From the sequence record ON529853.1: 64,000 bases of DNA. The stretch is one strand, 5' to 3'. The translations under genes were made by a program, and so were the position numbers. Position 1 is the first letter of the stretch, and the number at the start of each line of letters is the position of its first letter. Below, in pieces: positions 15,101-23,848 of the stretch. The notes beneath the pieces are model-generated. The model was given only the letters and a program-made list of their open reading frames with translations, was not told where the DNA came from and did not search any database.

Positions 15101-18100
15101 TTTTGACGCGGGGGGTTGCGCCCCGCGCCGCTTTCAAGGCGGTGATTGTAAGCCTGCGGACCGCCGTAGCTGGACCCGCCGCCGGCGCCGCCGGCGGTGG
15201 CCGCCGCCAGATTGAGCCCAGCCGCGCCGCCGTAGTAGCCGCCGCCGCCGCCGGGGCCAGCGGCCGCCGCCGCCGCCGTATCAGCGGTCGACCCGTCCGG
15301 GTAGCCGTGGCCGCCGTAAAGGTAGGCTCCGGTCGAGATCGAGGTCGGCAGCCGCGTGCGCACCAATCCGCCGCGATAATCCCGTCCGCCGCCGCCGATC
15401 GTGTTCGACGGGCCAACGCCGGTCACACCAATGCGGGCGCCGCCTGCACCGCCATCGCCGGGGACGGCGGCCGAATACCAGCTATTGCCGCCGCCGCCGC
15501 CGGCCGCCACCAATTGCAGGACGCCGTTGACCCAGACGCGCGAGGAACCGCCGCCCGACCCCGCCAGGTTGGTCCCGGCCGCCTCGTACTTGCCGCCGCG
15601 ACCGCCATCAGGCCAGCCGCCCAGGCCTGCGGCCATGTCCGTCGGCGCCGGCGCGCCGCCGCCCGAGGCGACATCGACTTGAACGATGTCGCCGGGCTTG
15701 ACCAGGAACTCCGCCTGGCTGAAGGCGCCGGCGCCCGCGACCCCAGGCGTCGTGACCGTCCCGCGCACTGCTCCCGAGCCGCCGCCGCCCCACAACTTGA
15801 CCGTCAGGAGGCCGGCGGTGGTGACTTTGAACAACCGTTCGGAACGGATGCAGTCGAGCGCGGTCTTGCCCGTGGGCAGATCGAGCGGGATCAGATAGTT
15901 GAGAACGGCGAGGCCGTCGCCGCCTGGCGCGGGATTCTGGGCCAGGGTGGTGGTGCCGCCGGACCCGAGCGAGGTGCCCGCGACAAATCCAGGGACGCCG
16001 GTCCCGCCCAGCCCGACGACGCCTGACCCGTTCGCGGGGATCAGGTGGGAGCCGCCGCCGGCCGATCCCGCGATGCCTGCGGTGTTCGCCGTGCCGGAAC
16101 CGCCGCCATAGTAGCCGCCGCCGCCGCCCGGTCCGGTCGTCAGGCCGTTGCCCAAGGAGCCCGTGCTGTAGCGGGCGTTGTTGACCCGGAAGCCGTTGCC
16201 GCCCCGGAGATAGCCGCCGCTGTAGGAGGCGTCGGCTGGGGCGGCGGTGTTGACGCCGCCTGCGGACTGCGTGCCGCCGGTGCCGTATTTCAGGTTGAGG
16301 TTGTTGGTGGGGCCGCCGTTGGCGCCGCCGCCCGCGCCGCCGGCCTCGGCCACAGAGGACCCGCCGCCGCCGCCACCGCCACCGCCGGCGACCATAATGA
16401 GGACGTCGTTTTTGTAGAGACGCGTCGAGCCGCCGCCACCGCCCCAGCCGACCGCGCCGGAGAGGCGCGCGCCGTCGCCGCCGTCAGGCCAGCCGCCCCG
16501 GCCGCCGCCGGTCGGGGAGAAGGCTTGACCCCCTTGGCCGACCTCGACCCGCAGGCTGTCGCCAGGGTCGACATCCACGGCCGCACTGACGTACCCGCCA
16601 GCGCCGCCAGCGCGGAACGTGCCGACCGTGGGTCCGGCGCCGCCGCCGCCCCACAGATTGACGTTGATCGTGCCCTTCTGGGTGATCGTGATCGTGCGCG
16701 CCGTCGCCGTATGGCTGAAGACGTTGGTGCCCTGGACCAGAGTGGTCGGCTCAAGCGGGGTCGCCGGAGGGGTCTCATCGAACCGGATGAAGACCTGGCC
16801 GTCTCCGCCCATGGTGACCCAGGGCTGCGTGAGGACGGCGGACGCACTGGCGGGGCGCGCGACGCCCGTGACGTATTCAGGCAGGTCCGCGCCGGGCGGC
16901 GTGACCGTGAGGCTGGCCGTCGCATTGGTGCTGTTCTCAGGCGCCAGCGAGGAACCGCCGCCGCCGCCGCCGGCGACCGTGACAGCGCCAGCGAGCGTAT
17001 CGCAGCCGCCGCCGCCGCCGTAGTAGCCGCCGCCGCCGCCAGGCCCCATCCCTTCGCCGACGGACTCCGGCGACCCGCCGGTCGGATAGCCGTTGCCGCC
17101 CTGGAGGTAGCCGCCGGTGTAGGAAGTGTCGGCCGGGTAGGCCTTGTTGGTGCCGCCCGCCGTCTGCGTTCCGCCCCGCCCATTGGCGAGGTTGCCGTTG
17201 TTGTTCGGGCTGCCCTCTCCGCCCGTCTCGCCGCCGCCGCCGCCGCCCGTCGCCGTATTGAGACCGGCGCCGGCCGCGCCCGCGCCGCCGGCGACCGCCA
17301 GCAGACTGCTGTTGAAGTAAATCCGCGTCGAGCCGCCGCCGCCGCCCCAACCGATCGCCGTGGAGCCCATGGCGCCGTTGCCGCCGTCGGGCCAGCCGCC
17401 CAGACCGCCCGCCGTGGGGGTCGGACCTCGCCCGCCTTGCGCAACCTGGAAGCTGAAGGTGTCGCCCGGCACGACGTTGCGGGTGAACGAAACCATGCCG
17501 CCCGCGCCGCCGTTGGCGAGCGTACCCGTGCCCGCCACGCCGCCCGCACCCGCGCCCCAGGCGCGGATCGTCACCTTACCAGGCTTGGTGGCGGTCCAGG
17601 TCTGAACCTCGGCCCCCGTGTAGAGGCGCGTCCGTTCAGGCGCAACGGTCTGCTTGGCGACAAGCGCCAACACCGCCAGACCGTCGCCGCCATTCGTCGT
17701 GGTGGCGAGGTTCGTGGTGCCGTAACCGCTGGATGCAACGCCCGCAATGTAGTCAGGGTCCGTGGCGTTGGGGGCGCCGTTCGAGCCGGTGGTGGAGGCG
17801 GCGCCGGTCTCCGTGCCGCCCACCTTGCCATTGTTCCAGCGCAGCGTGTAGCCGTCGTATCCGGGATGGACGTAGCTGGAGCCGCCGGCGGACCCCGCGC
17901 CGGAGCCGCCGGAGCCGCCGCCGTAATAACCGCCGCCGCCGCCGCCGCCATTGCGGGTGTCAGCGGTGGTCCGATCCTGCCCCTCGCCGTAGCCGTGCCC
18001 GCCGCGCAGCAGCCCGCCCGTGGCGACCGCGTCGCCGTAGCGGCCGACCGCGAAACCGCCCGCCGCCTGGGAGCCGCCTGCGCCGTAGTTGGCGCCGCCG

Positions 18101-20337
18101 CCGTACTCGCCGTAGTAGTAGCCGCCGGAGCCGCTGTAAGATGCGCCGCCGACGCCGCCGCCCGCGCCCGCGACCGCCACAAGCACGTCGTTGATGTAGA
18201 TGCGCGTCGAGCCGCCGCCGCCGCCGCCGCAATAGGACGTCGAGGCGTAACCGCCGTGGCCGCCGTCGGGCCAGCCGCCGAGGCCGCCTTCAGTGATCGC
18301 CGAGGGCTTGCGCCCGCCTTGGCCCACTTCGACCTTGACGGTGTCGCCGGCCTTGACCGGGATCGCGACGTGCGTGAAGCCGCCCGCGCCGGCGTAGCGG
18401 GTGCCCGAGGTGCTGTATCCGCCCGCGCCGCCCGCGCCCCAAAGCTTGGCTTCCAGGAGAGAATCCTGAGCGACCGTGTATTCCTTGGCGGCCCCCTGGA
18501 AAGCGAGGGAGGTCTTGCCGGACGGCAACTCAGGCGTGGGCGGCGGCGGTTCGACGCTCAGGATCGCGAGGCCGTTGCCGCCGGGAGCCGCCTGGTTCGT
18601 GGGCGCGCTCTGCGGAGAGCCGACCGCCACGCCAGCGACGTAATCCGGGTCCGACGTCGACGGCGGGGTGGGTCCCGTGCCTTTGGTCAGTACCGCAAGA
18701 TCAACGGTGGGATGCGTGTAGGACGAGCCGCCGCCAGCGCCGGAAGAGTTGGTGGACGCCAGGCCCGACGACCCGCCGCCGCCATAATAGCCGCCGCCGC
18801 CGCCCGCGCCCACGTTGCCGCTGGAGTTGGAGGTCGTGACCGGATAGGAGACGCCGCCGCCCGAACCGCCTTTCAGGTAGCCGCCCGAGGACTGGACGTC
18901 GGTCGTGCGTTGCAGGTTGACGCCGCCCGCGCTCTGCGAGCCGCCGGTGCCGCGCCAGGCGCCGTTCGTCTCGCCGTCCGAGGCGACCAAACCGCCGCCC
19001 GCGCCGCCGTAGCCGCGCGACGACGTCGAATTTTCATTGACGCTGCCGCCGCCGCCGCCGCCCGCCACGGCGATCAGGGCACCGTTGCGATACAGGCGCG
19101 TAGAACCGCCGCCGGAGCCTGCGGAGCGGGTGTCCTGCTGGAAGCCGCCGCGCCCGCCGTCGGGCCAGCCGCCGTTGCCTGCGCCCGAGCCGATGGCGCC
19201 GTTATTGGAGCCGCCTGAAGCGACTTCCAGGGTCAGGATGTCGCCGGCGCTGAAGCGCGCTACGCCCGAGACGAAGCCGCCGGGACCGCCGTAAGAGGCT
19301 TCGCGCGAAACGATGACGGAGCCGCCCGACCCGCCGCCGCCCCACAGCTTGAAGGCGATCTGACAATCCTGCGGGATTTCGTAGGTCTTGGCCGAGCCCG
19401 TGTAGGGCATGGCGTGCTTGTTGCCCGGCTCGAAGCTGGGCGGAGCAGGCGGCGCGCCCAGTTCCAGGACCGCCAGGCCGTGGCCGGCGGGGAGCGCCAT
19501 GACGCCCGTGGAGCCGTTGTTGGCCCCGACCGCGACGCCGGCGACGTAGTCAGCGTCGTCTTGCTTCGGCGGCGTTTTACCGACGCCGCCGATGTTGGCG
19601 GGGGATTCGACCGTGGGGGCGAGATACGATGAACCGCCGCCAGCGCCCGACGACAGGTTGGTGGTCCATTGGCCGGAGCCGCCGCCACCGCCATAATAGC
19701 CGCCGCCGCCGCCACCGCCGTTCTTGTTGTCGCCGTTACCGAAGAAGCCGGAGCCGCCCTTGCGCGCCGCGCCCTGCTTGGCGGCGTTGTTGGACGGGTT
19801 GGAGAACCCGCCCGCTGACTGCGTGCCGCCCAGGCCTGCCCAACCCGCCGTCCCGAAGCCGTCTTGTCCCACGAGACCGCCGCCGGCGCCGGAGTAACCC
19901 AGGGCCACCGTGGTGCCGGTTTCATTGTGGTTGGCGCCGCCGCCGCCGCCCGCGATCGCCACCAGGACGTCGTTGATGTAGAGGCGCGTCGAGCCGCCGC
20001 CGCCGCCTGCGGCGCGAATGGTGAAGGCGTAACCCCCTTCGCCGCCGTCAGGCCAGCCGCCCGGCGAGGTTTTGGTGCCGGTGAGGGGATCGGTGGTTCC
20101 GCCGCCCCCGACCTCGACCTTGACGACGTCGCCGGCCGCCACCAGAATCAGACCCGAGACCCAGCCGCCGGCGCCGCCGTAGCCGACGCGGGGCGCAACG
20201 TTCGAGGCGTTCGAACCGCCGCCGCCGCCGCCCCACAGCTTGAAGGTCAGCGCGCCGGCCGAAGCGGCGGTGAAGGTCTGGGCGGCGCCGGTGAAGCTGA
20301 CCTTGGTTTTGCCGGTGGTAAGATCAGCCATCAGCAA
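12187..20337 (-). CDS. Giant glycine-rich repeat virion protein (2716 aa, seven ~300-aa repeats)
   Basis: Seven repeats with (L/A)WG(G/A)G, GGWPDGG, GGGS(T/S)R, GGGYYGGG motifs; distinct C-terminal region. Confidence 0.85.
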   Translation of the reverse strand: MLMADLTTGKTKVSFTGAAQTFTAASAGALTFKLWGGGGGGSNASNVAPRVGYGGAGGWVSGLILVAAGDVVKVEVGGGGTTDPLTGTKTSPGGWPDGGEGGYAFTIRAAGGGGGSTRLYINDVLVAIAGGGGGANHNETGTTVALGYSGAGGGLVGQDGFGTAGWAGLGGTQSAGGFSNPSNNAAKQGAARKGGSGFFGNGDNKNGGGGGGGYYGGGGGSGQWTTNLSSGAGGGSSYLAPTVESPANIGGVGKTPPKQDDADYVAGVAVGANNGSTGVMALPAGHGLAVLELGAPPAPPSFEPGNKHAMPYTGSAKTYEIPQDCQIAFKLWGGGGSGGSVIVSREASYGGPGGFVSGVARFSAGDILTLEVASGGSNNGAIGSGAGNGGWPDGGRGGFQQDTRSAGSGGGSTRLYRNGALIAVAGGGGGGSVNENSTSSRGYGGAGGGLVASDGETNGAWRGTGGSQSAGGVNLQRTTDVQSSGGYLKGGSGGGVSYPVTTSNSSGNVGAGGGGGYYGGGGSSGLASTNSSGAGGGSSYTHPTVDLAVLTKGTGPTPPSTSDPDYVAGVAVGSPQSAPTNQAAPGGNGLAILSVEPPPPTPELPSGKTSLAFQGAAKEYTVAQDSLLEAKLWGAGGAGGYSTSGTRYAGAGGFTHVAIPVKAGDTVKVEVGQGGRKPSAITEGGLGGWPDGGHGGYASTSYCGGGGGGSTRIYINDVLVAVAGAGGGVGGASYSGSGGYYYGEYGGGANYGAGGSQAAGGFAVGRYGDAVATGGLLRGGHGYGEGQDRTTADTRNGGGGGGGYYGGGSGGSGAGSAGGSSYVHPGYDGYTLRWNNGKVGGTETGAASTTGSNGAPNATDPDYIAGVASSGYGTTNLATTTNGGDGLAVLALVAKQTVAPERTRLYTGAEVQTWTATKPGKVTIRAWGAGAGGVAGTGTLANGGAGGMVSFTRNVVPGDTFSFQVAQGGRGPTPTAGGLGGWPDGGNGAMGSTAIGWGGGGGSTRIYFNSSLLAVAGGAGAAGAGLNTATGGGGGGETGGEGSPNNNGNLANGRGGTQTAGGTNKAYPADTSYTGGYLQGGNGYPTGGSPESVGEGMGPGGGGGYYGGGGGCDTLAGAVTVAGGGGGGSSLAPENSTNATASLTVTPPGADLPEYVTGVARPASASAVLTQPWVTMGGDGQVFIRFDETPPATPLEPTTLVQGTNVFSHTATARTITITQKGTINVNLWGGGGAGPTVGTFRAGGAGGYVSAAVDVDPGDSLRVEVGQGGQAFSPTGGGRGGWPDGGDGARLSGAVGWGGGGGSTRLYKNDVLIMVAGGGGGGGGGSSVAEAGGAGGGANGGPTNNLNLKYGTGGTQSAGGVNTAAPADASYSGGYLRGGNGFRVNNARYSTGSLGNGLTTGPGGGGGYYGGGSGTANTAGIAGSAGGGSHLIPANGSGVVGLGGTGVPGFVAGTSLGSGGTTTLAQNPAPGGDGLAVLNYLIPLDLPTGKTALDCIRSERLFKVTTAGLLTVKLWGGGGSGAVRGTVTTPGVAGAGAFSQAEFLVKPGDIVQVDVASGGGAPAPTDMAAGLGGWPDGGRGGKYEAAGTNLAGSGGGSSRVWVNGVLQLVAAGGGGGNSWYSAAVPGDGGAGGARIGVTGVGPSNTIGGGGRDYRGGLVRTRLPTSISTGAYLYGGHGYPDGSTADTAAAAAAGPGGGGGYYGGAAGLNLAAATAGGAGGGSSYGGPQAYNHRLESGAGRNPPRQNDVDYVAGVGVGGAQALKATILPGGDGRAVMEFAPGAALAPLTLGETLLPGDRQGSRDYITTFEGGVNLTLWGGGGSASQLVNNTIARTSLGGAGGLLSGVVLFQSGDHLRFEVGQGGATPRDFMGAYGGWPDGGGGGAGSYAMGAGGGSTRVWRNGVLVAIAGGGGGGAGVAARPGGFGGGLSGGAGLGGTVYAGAGGSQTAGGVGATNTGGNGNGAYLRGGDGFPLEASEGGAGGSGGVASGAGGGGGYYGGGGAAGNNGTASGAAGGGSAFLGELLTDGVTQTSTTGTPAGADHPSYLPGTAVGGTPNFFVEPAFAGGPGLAALSVFEGGLSIPALVNITSIGTVQVTSTVGAGEGSKAANASGSLPVVTVVPPVGAISMGAQGSGDLGETILMMDPQATAQGGIGAYLPTIYVSGDLGGQPQTDAVVVTGLGEDLYYPFPPTVDLEAGANIKLEETLAVTLQPMNYILGAGFEMFDPLEISLSPIEGEMGVADMWVGEVDSVVSLTPPDGFAEGSAGWKPTPGQQFIWIVRTEAPQGELRGPNETASVDFGGPIQITTLDGLGELPVTYTTAPFDNDISIAFAVGDATGAANAIVSNGQAGGPFATIRVGMSGDPLIEVTASVSRDLGLILVGTPQAAFSRNALVRINYFDRIYVNPPRGFAAELTAAVVDGDLSDSVILVSPPESEGSGGTSATGALPTLYLQPPEGYVEDGDGVLVSGSGGVVIRYKRTLVQGNVPVALEPLEIALNETDGLLFATDQSGTMQSRPLGRIARGGVAPEGGAPGDILYADGTWRSPAPVYDAPVLLPARAGDHYLTDCGLDASADQPPVGKVVYRPFFLPRQTRFSRFGVTTAVASAGTIRFGVCQWDPATQTPGDVALSVQVSAAGAVGPKPVEQAVTLSAGWHAAMIAVTGVAPVLTTRRVPQSRASDMALVGDLSAPDTGNLLDAPAPSAREALAVAYVWATA

Positions 20338-20496
20338 GCCTCAGACGCAGAAAGGCGCCCGGCGACGAACGCCGGGCGCGAAAAGGTTTGGAAAGAGCGG
20401 GGGAGACGCGCCGTCACAGCAGACCAAAGGTGAACCGAAGCCCGTCTTGTAGCACAAGACGGGCTCGATTGCCAGGAATTACGGCAGCGACTGCTG

Positions 20497-20910
20497 TTAG
20501 TTCTGGAAGCGCAGGGGCGCCGAGAAGGTCACAGCGAACGAGGCGTTCGTCGACGAGATTTCCTGGTTGAAATCGACGTAGGCGACCAGCGGGTTGGCTG
20601 CGGCGGCGCCGGCGGCGAAGTAGATCACCGCGCCGCGCGCCGTCACCGTGGCGTTGGACCAGGCGACGTTGGAGAAGGACAGGTCGACGCGGTTGCTGAC
20701 GTTGTCCTTGGAGACCGTCACGGTGGTGCCCTGTCCGCCGGCGGTGTAGCCGGTGCCGGTCACCTCATTGGTGACGTCCGTCATGCGCGTGTGCGACTTC
20801 ACGGCGTTGTATCCGGCGCCGACCAGCGCGACTTTGAAGCCGGTGACGTCGAATTCAAGGTCCCCTTTGCAGAGGTCCTCGATCATGGAGTTGTAAACGA
20901 GAGAGGCCAT
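20497..20910 (-). CDS. Virion structural protein
   Basis: Beta-rich; TNEVTGTGYTAGG motif common in phage structural proteins. Confidence 0.75.
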   Translation of the reverse strand: MASLVYNSMIEDLCKGDLEFDVTGFKVALVGAGYNAVKSHTRMTDVTNEVTGTGYTAGGQGTTVTVSKDNVSNRVDLSFSNVAWSNATVTARGAVIYFAAGAAAANPLVAYVDFNQEISSTNASFAVTFSAPLRFQN

Positions 20911-20962
20911 GGGGTTTCTGTCTCCTAGAGGCCGTTAAAGTTGAGTTCCGACCGGCCCCCGG

Positions 20963-21652
20963 TCAGAAAGTTCCGCCGTCAATCTTGACGTTGGTGAGGG
21001 TCACGCCATCCAGGATTCCACCGGTGACGTTGATGCTGTCGGCGTCCTGGAGCGCCATGGTGCCGAGGTCGCCAGGGGTGCCCGAGCCGGACCCGACGCC
21101 GGTTGCGCCGATGTAGCGGTAGGCCTCGAAGTAGACGCCGTGGCTGGCGACCGAGACCGCGCCGGTCCCGATCGTGGCGGTCTTGCCTGCCGGGATCGTG
21201 CCCGTGAAAATCAGAACCCCGGCGGCGTAGTCGAACACCCACTCTTCATCGGTGGTGTCCGGGAAGATGCGGGCCGCCGGGCCGACGTTGGGGTCGCCGA
21301 TGAAGACCTTGACCGCGTAGCCGGAGCCGAAGGTCGGGGCGATGAAGTTGTTCGCCCGCGAAGCGATGTCGCCGTGGGCGGTGGTCGCCAGCCAGGCCAC
21401 GTTCGCCGGCGAGGTCGGATCAGCCGTGGCGCGGATGCGCTGGGCGCCGGCGTAGGCCTGGATGAAGGCGTTCGCGACCGGCGTGGCCGGGATGTCATCC
21501 CCCTGCTGCCACACCGTCGACGGCAGCACCGGGGACGGCGAGGCGATCGTCTCGTTCGAGCCGAACTTGAGCGCCGCGCCGGCCGTCTTGGTGACGCCGA
21601 AGATGATCTTCTTCCAGAGGAAGTCGATCTTTTCGCTGTCGAGAATCGCCAT
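20963..21652 (-). CDS. Virion structural protein, paralog of N-terminus of 21665-23836
   Basis: MAILDSEKIDFLWKK / MAIVDSEKLDLLWKK; shared FPDTT.EEWVFDYAAGVL. Confidence 0.8.
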   Translation of the reverse strand: MAILDSEKIDFLWKKIIFGVTKTAGAALKFGSNETIASPSPVLPSTVWQQGDDIPATPVANAFIQAYAGAQRIRATADPTSPANVAWLATTAHGDIASRANNFIAPTFGSGYAVKVFIGDPNVGPAARIFPDTTDEEWVFDYAAGVLIFTGTIPAGKTATIGTGAVSVASHGVYFEAYRYIGATGVGSGSGTPGDLGTMALQDADSINVTGGILDGVTLTNVKIDGGTF

Positions 21653-21664
21653 CGTCCGCGCGCC

Positions 21665-23836
21665 TTAGTTCGTGAACGACAGCGCGGTGATGGACTGCCC
21701 CGCGTTCAGGCGGAAGCGGACGAGGATTTCGTTGCCCGTGGCGTTCGTCGACGACTGCGTGCCGAAGGTGATCTGGAACGCGCCCGTCCCGCCGGTCATG
21801 ACCGAACCCAGGGCGCAGCCCGCGTCCGTATCGCCGGCTTCGCCGGGGACGCCGGCGCCGTCGTAGGGCTTGAAGGCGTTCCACCAGCCGTTCGGTGCGT
21901 TGGGCGCACTGTCCGAAGCGCCGGGCAGTTTGATGCGGCAGTCGGCGTAGGTGCCGGTGACGTTGATCTTGAAGGCCGACAGGGCCGCGCGGTTGAAGCT
22001 GAAGGTGGCGTACTGCTCGCCCGAGCGGCCGACCGACATGTTGGGGCCGGCGGGCAGGTAGGCGCTGTAATCGGTCTGGTCGTGCTTCAGCACGCCGCCG
22101 ACCACCAGGGCCTCATGGGTCGCCGGGGTGGGCGTGGAATCCCAGGTCGCGGCGGCGCCGGCGGGGGTCGGGCCGGCGGCAAGCGACTTGCGCACGGCGG
22201 CGTTGCTGTTGGGTGCAGAGCCCAGGCCGCTGACCGGGACGGACATCTCGTTGATGCGGCTTCCGGCAGCGCCGCGCTTGACCAGGATGTTCTTGGCCTG
22301 GATCGTCGTGGCGGCGGTCGCCCCGTTGACGTTGCGGGCCGTGGCCTGGAGAACGCCGACGTTGTGGACGTTCGTCCCGTCGATCGCCACGGTCGCCGGG
22401 GTGATGGCGACCGCCGCGACGTCGCCGCGCGCCATGGGCGTCGTGATGCCCAGGGCGGCGTAGCCCAGGGTGTCCGCCGAGATGATCCCGTTGGTGCCCG
22501 AGATCACCAGCGGGTCCGCGCCGCCGTAGTAGGTCTCGCCCGGAACCAGGTTGGCGAGCGTCAGACCGACCGTCAGGGTCGCGTTGTCGCCGTAGTGCGG
22601 CACGCCCGAGGAATAGGCCAGCGTACCGGCGGCGGCCTGGACGACCGTGCCGGCCGAGATGGTCGGGTTGCCGGCGCCGGCGTCGCGTACGAAGAAGACC
22701 TCATTGGTCTGGCCCGCGCCGGAGTGGGCGATGCGCGCCTTGTTGACGCCGATCAGCGCCGCGAAGCCGGTCAGGCTGACGTCGATGGATTTCCAGAAGC
22801 CCGGCGTGGCGGCGGGGAAGTCTTTCTGATCGGCGATCGTCAGACCGTCGGTCGTGCCGTTGTCGGCCGTCCCCGTGAGGACCTTGGTGGCGACCACGAC
22901 GCCGTTGAGCGAGGCCGTGATGGAGCCCGCGTCGCCGGGACCGACGTCGCCGAACACGTTCGAGTTCACCCCGGCGGCGGTGATGCGCGTGACGGTGTCG
23001 CCCGCGACCAGGGTCGAGGCGGCGTGATCGGTCACGCCGGTCGCCAGGCGCGGAGAGTTTCCAGCGGCGTTCGCCACCGACAGGGCGCCGTTCGGGAACA
23101 TCGGCGGCTGGCTCGGGACCAGCTTGCCCAGAACCTCGTTGAGGCGATCCACGGCTTCCGACACCGGCGTGGCGTCGTCCAGCGGCACAGCGCCCGGCGT
23201 CCAGGACCCGTCTCCATGGGCGACGATGTCGCCCAGGGGCAGTTCAAAGCCGTCCGAGGCGCCCGACTTGGGGATGCCGCGCAGGCCTTGATACTGGTAG
23301 GCCTCCAGGTAGATGCCCGAGGTGGCGATGTCGACGGTGCCCGTACCGATCGAGGCCGGCTTGGAGGTCGGAATCGTCGAGGCGAACAACAGGACGCCGG
23401 CGGCGTAGTCGAACACCCACTCTTCATTGGTGGTGTCAGGGAACAGACGGGCGGCCGGTCCCACGGCGGGATCGCCGATGTAGACGCGGGCGGCGTAGCT
23501 GGAGCCGAAGGTCGGCGGGATGAAGTCGGTCAGGCGCGTGTCGATGTCGCCCTGCGTCTCCGTCGCCAGCCAGGTCAGGTTCGGCGTCGAGGTCGGGTCG
23601 GTGGTGGCGGCGATGCGGGCCGCGCCCGAGCGCACCTTGACTTCGGTCGTGTCATCGGTCGGCGCGAAGGCCGGGATCAGGTCGGTCGCGCCCCAGATCG
23701 ATTCCGGATAAACTGGCGACGGCGACGGGATGGTTTCGTTGGAGCCGGCCTTGTCGGCCGCCTTGGCCGACTTGGTCGTGCCAAAGCCGATCTTCTTCCA
23801 CAGAAGGTCCAGCTTCTCAGAGTCTACAATTGCCAT
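21665..23836 (-). CDS. Large virion fibre/filament protein
   Basis: Shares domains with both neighbours. Confidence 0.8.
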   Translation of the reverse strand: MAIVDSEKLDLLWKKIGFGTTKSAKAADKAGSNETIPSPSPVYPESIWGATDLIPAFAPTDDTTEVKVRSGAARIAATTDPTSTPNLTWLATETQGDIDTRLTDFIPPTFGSSYAARVYIGDPAVGPAARLFPDTTNEEWVFDYAAGVLLFASTIPTSKPASIGTGTVDIATSGIYLEAYQYQGLRGIPKSGASDGFELPLGDIVAHGDGSWTPGAVPLDDATPVSEAVDRLNEVLGKLVPSQPPMFPNGALSVANAAGNSPRLATGVTDHAASTLVAGDTVTRITAAGVNSNVFGDVGPGDAGSITASLNGVVVATKVLTGTADNGTTDGLTIADQKDFPAATPGFWKSIDVSLTGFAALIGVNKARIAHSGAGQTNEVFFVRDAGAGNPTISAGTVVQAAAGTLAYSSGVPHYGDNATLTVGLTLANLVPGETYYGGADPLVISGTNGIISADTLGYAALGITTPMARGDVAAVAITPATVAIDGTNVHNVGVLQATARNVNGATAATTIQAKNILVKRGAAGSRINEMSVPVSGLGSAPNSNAAVRKSLAAGPTPAGAAATWDSTPTPATHEALVVGGVLKHDQTDYSAYLPAGPNMSVGRSGEQYATFSFNRAALSAFKINVTGTYADCRIKLPGASDSAPNAPNGWWNAFKPYDGAGVPGEAGDTDAGCALGSVMTGGTGAFQITFGTQSSTNATGNEILVRFRLNAGQSITALSFTN

Positions 23837-23848
23837 GCCAGGGCCGCC

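Noticed and set aside
12187-20337. Diversity-generating retroelement target
   Set aside because: Repeats are old and diverged at all bases, not adenine-specific; no reverse transcriptase in the window
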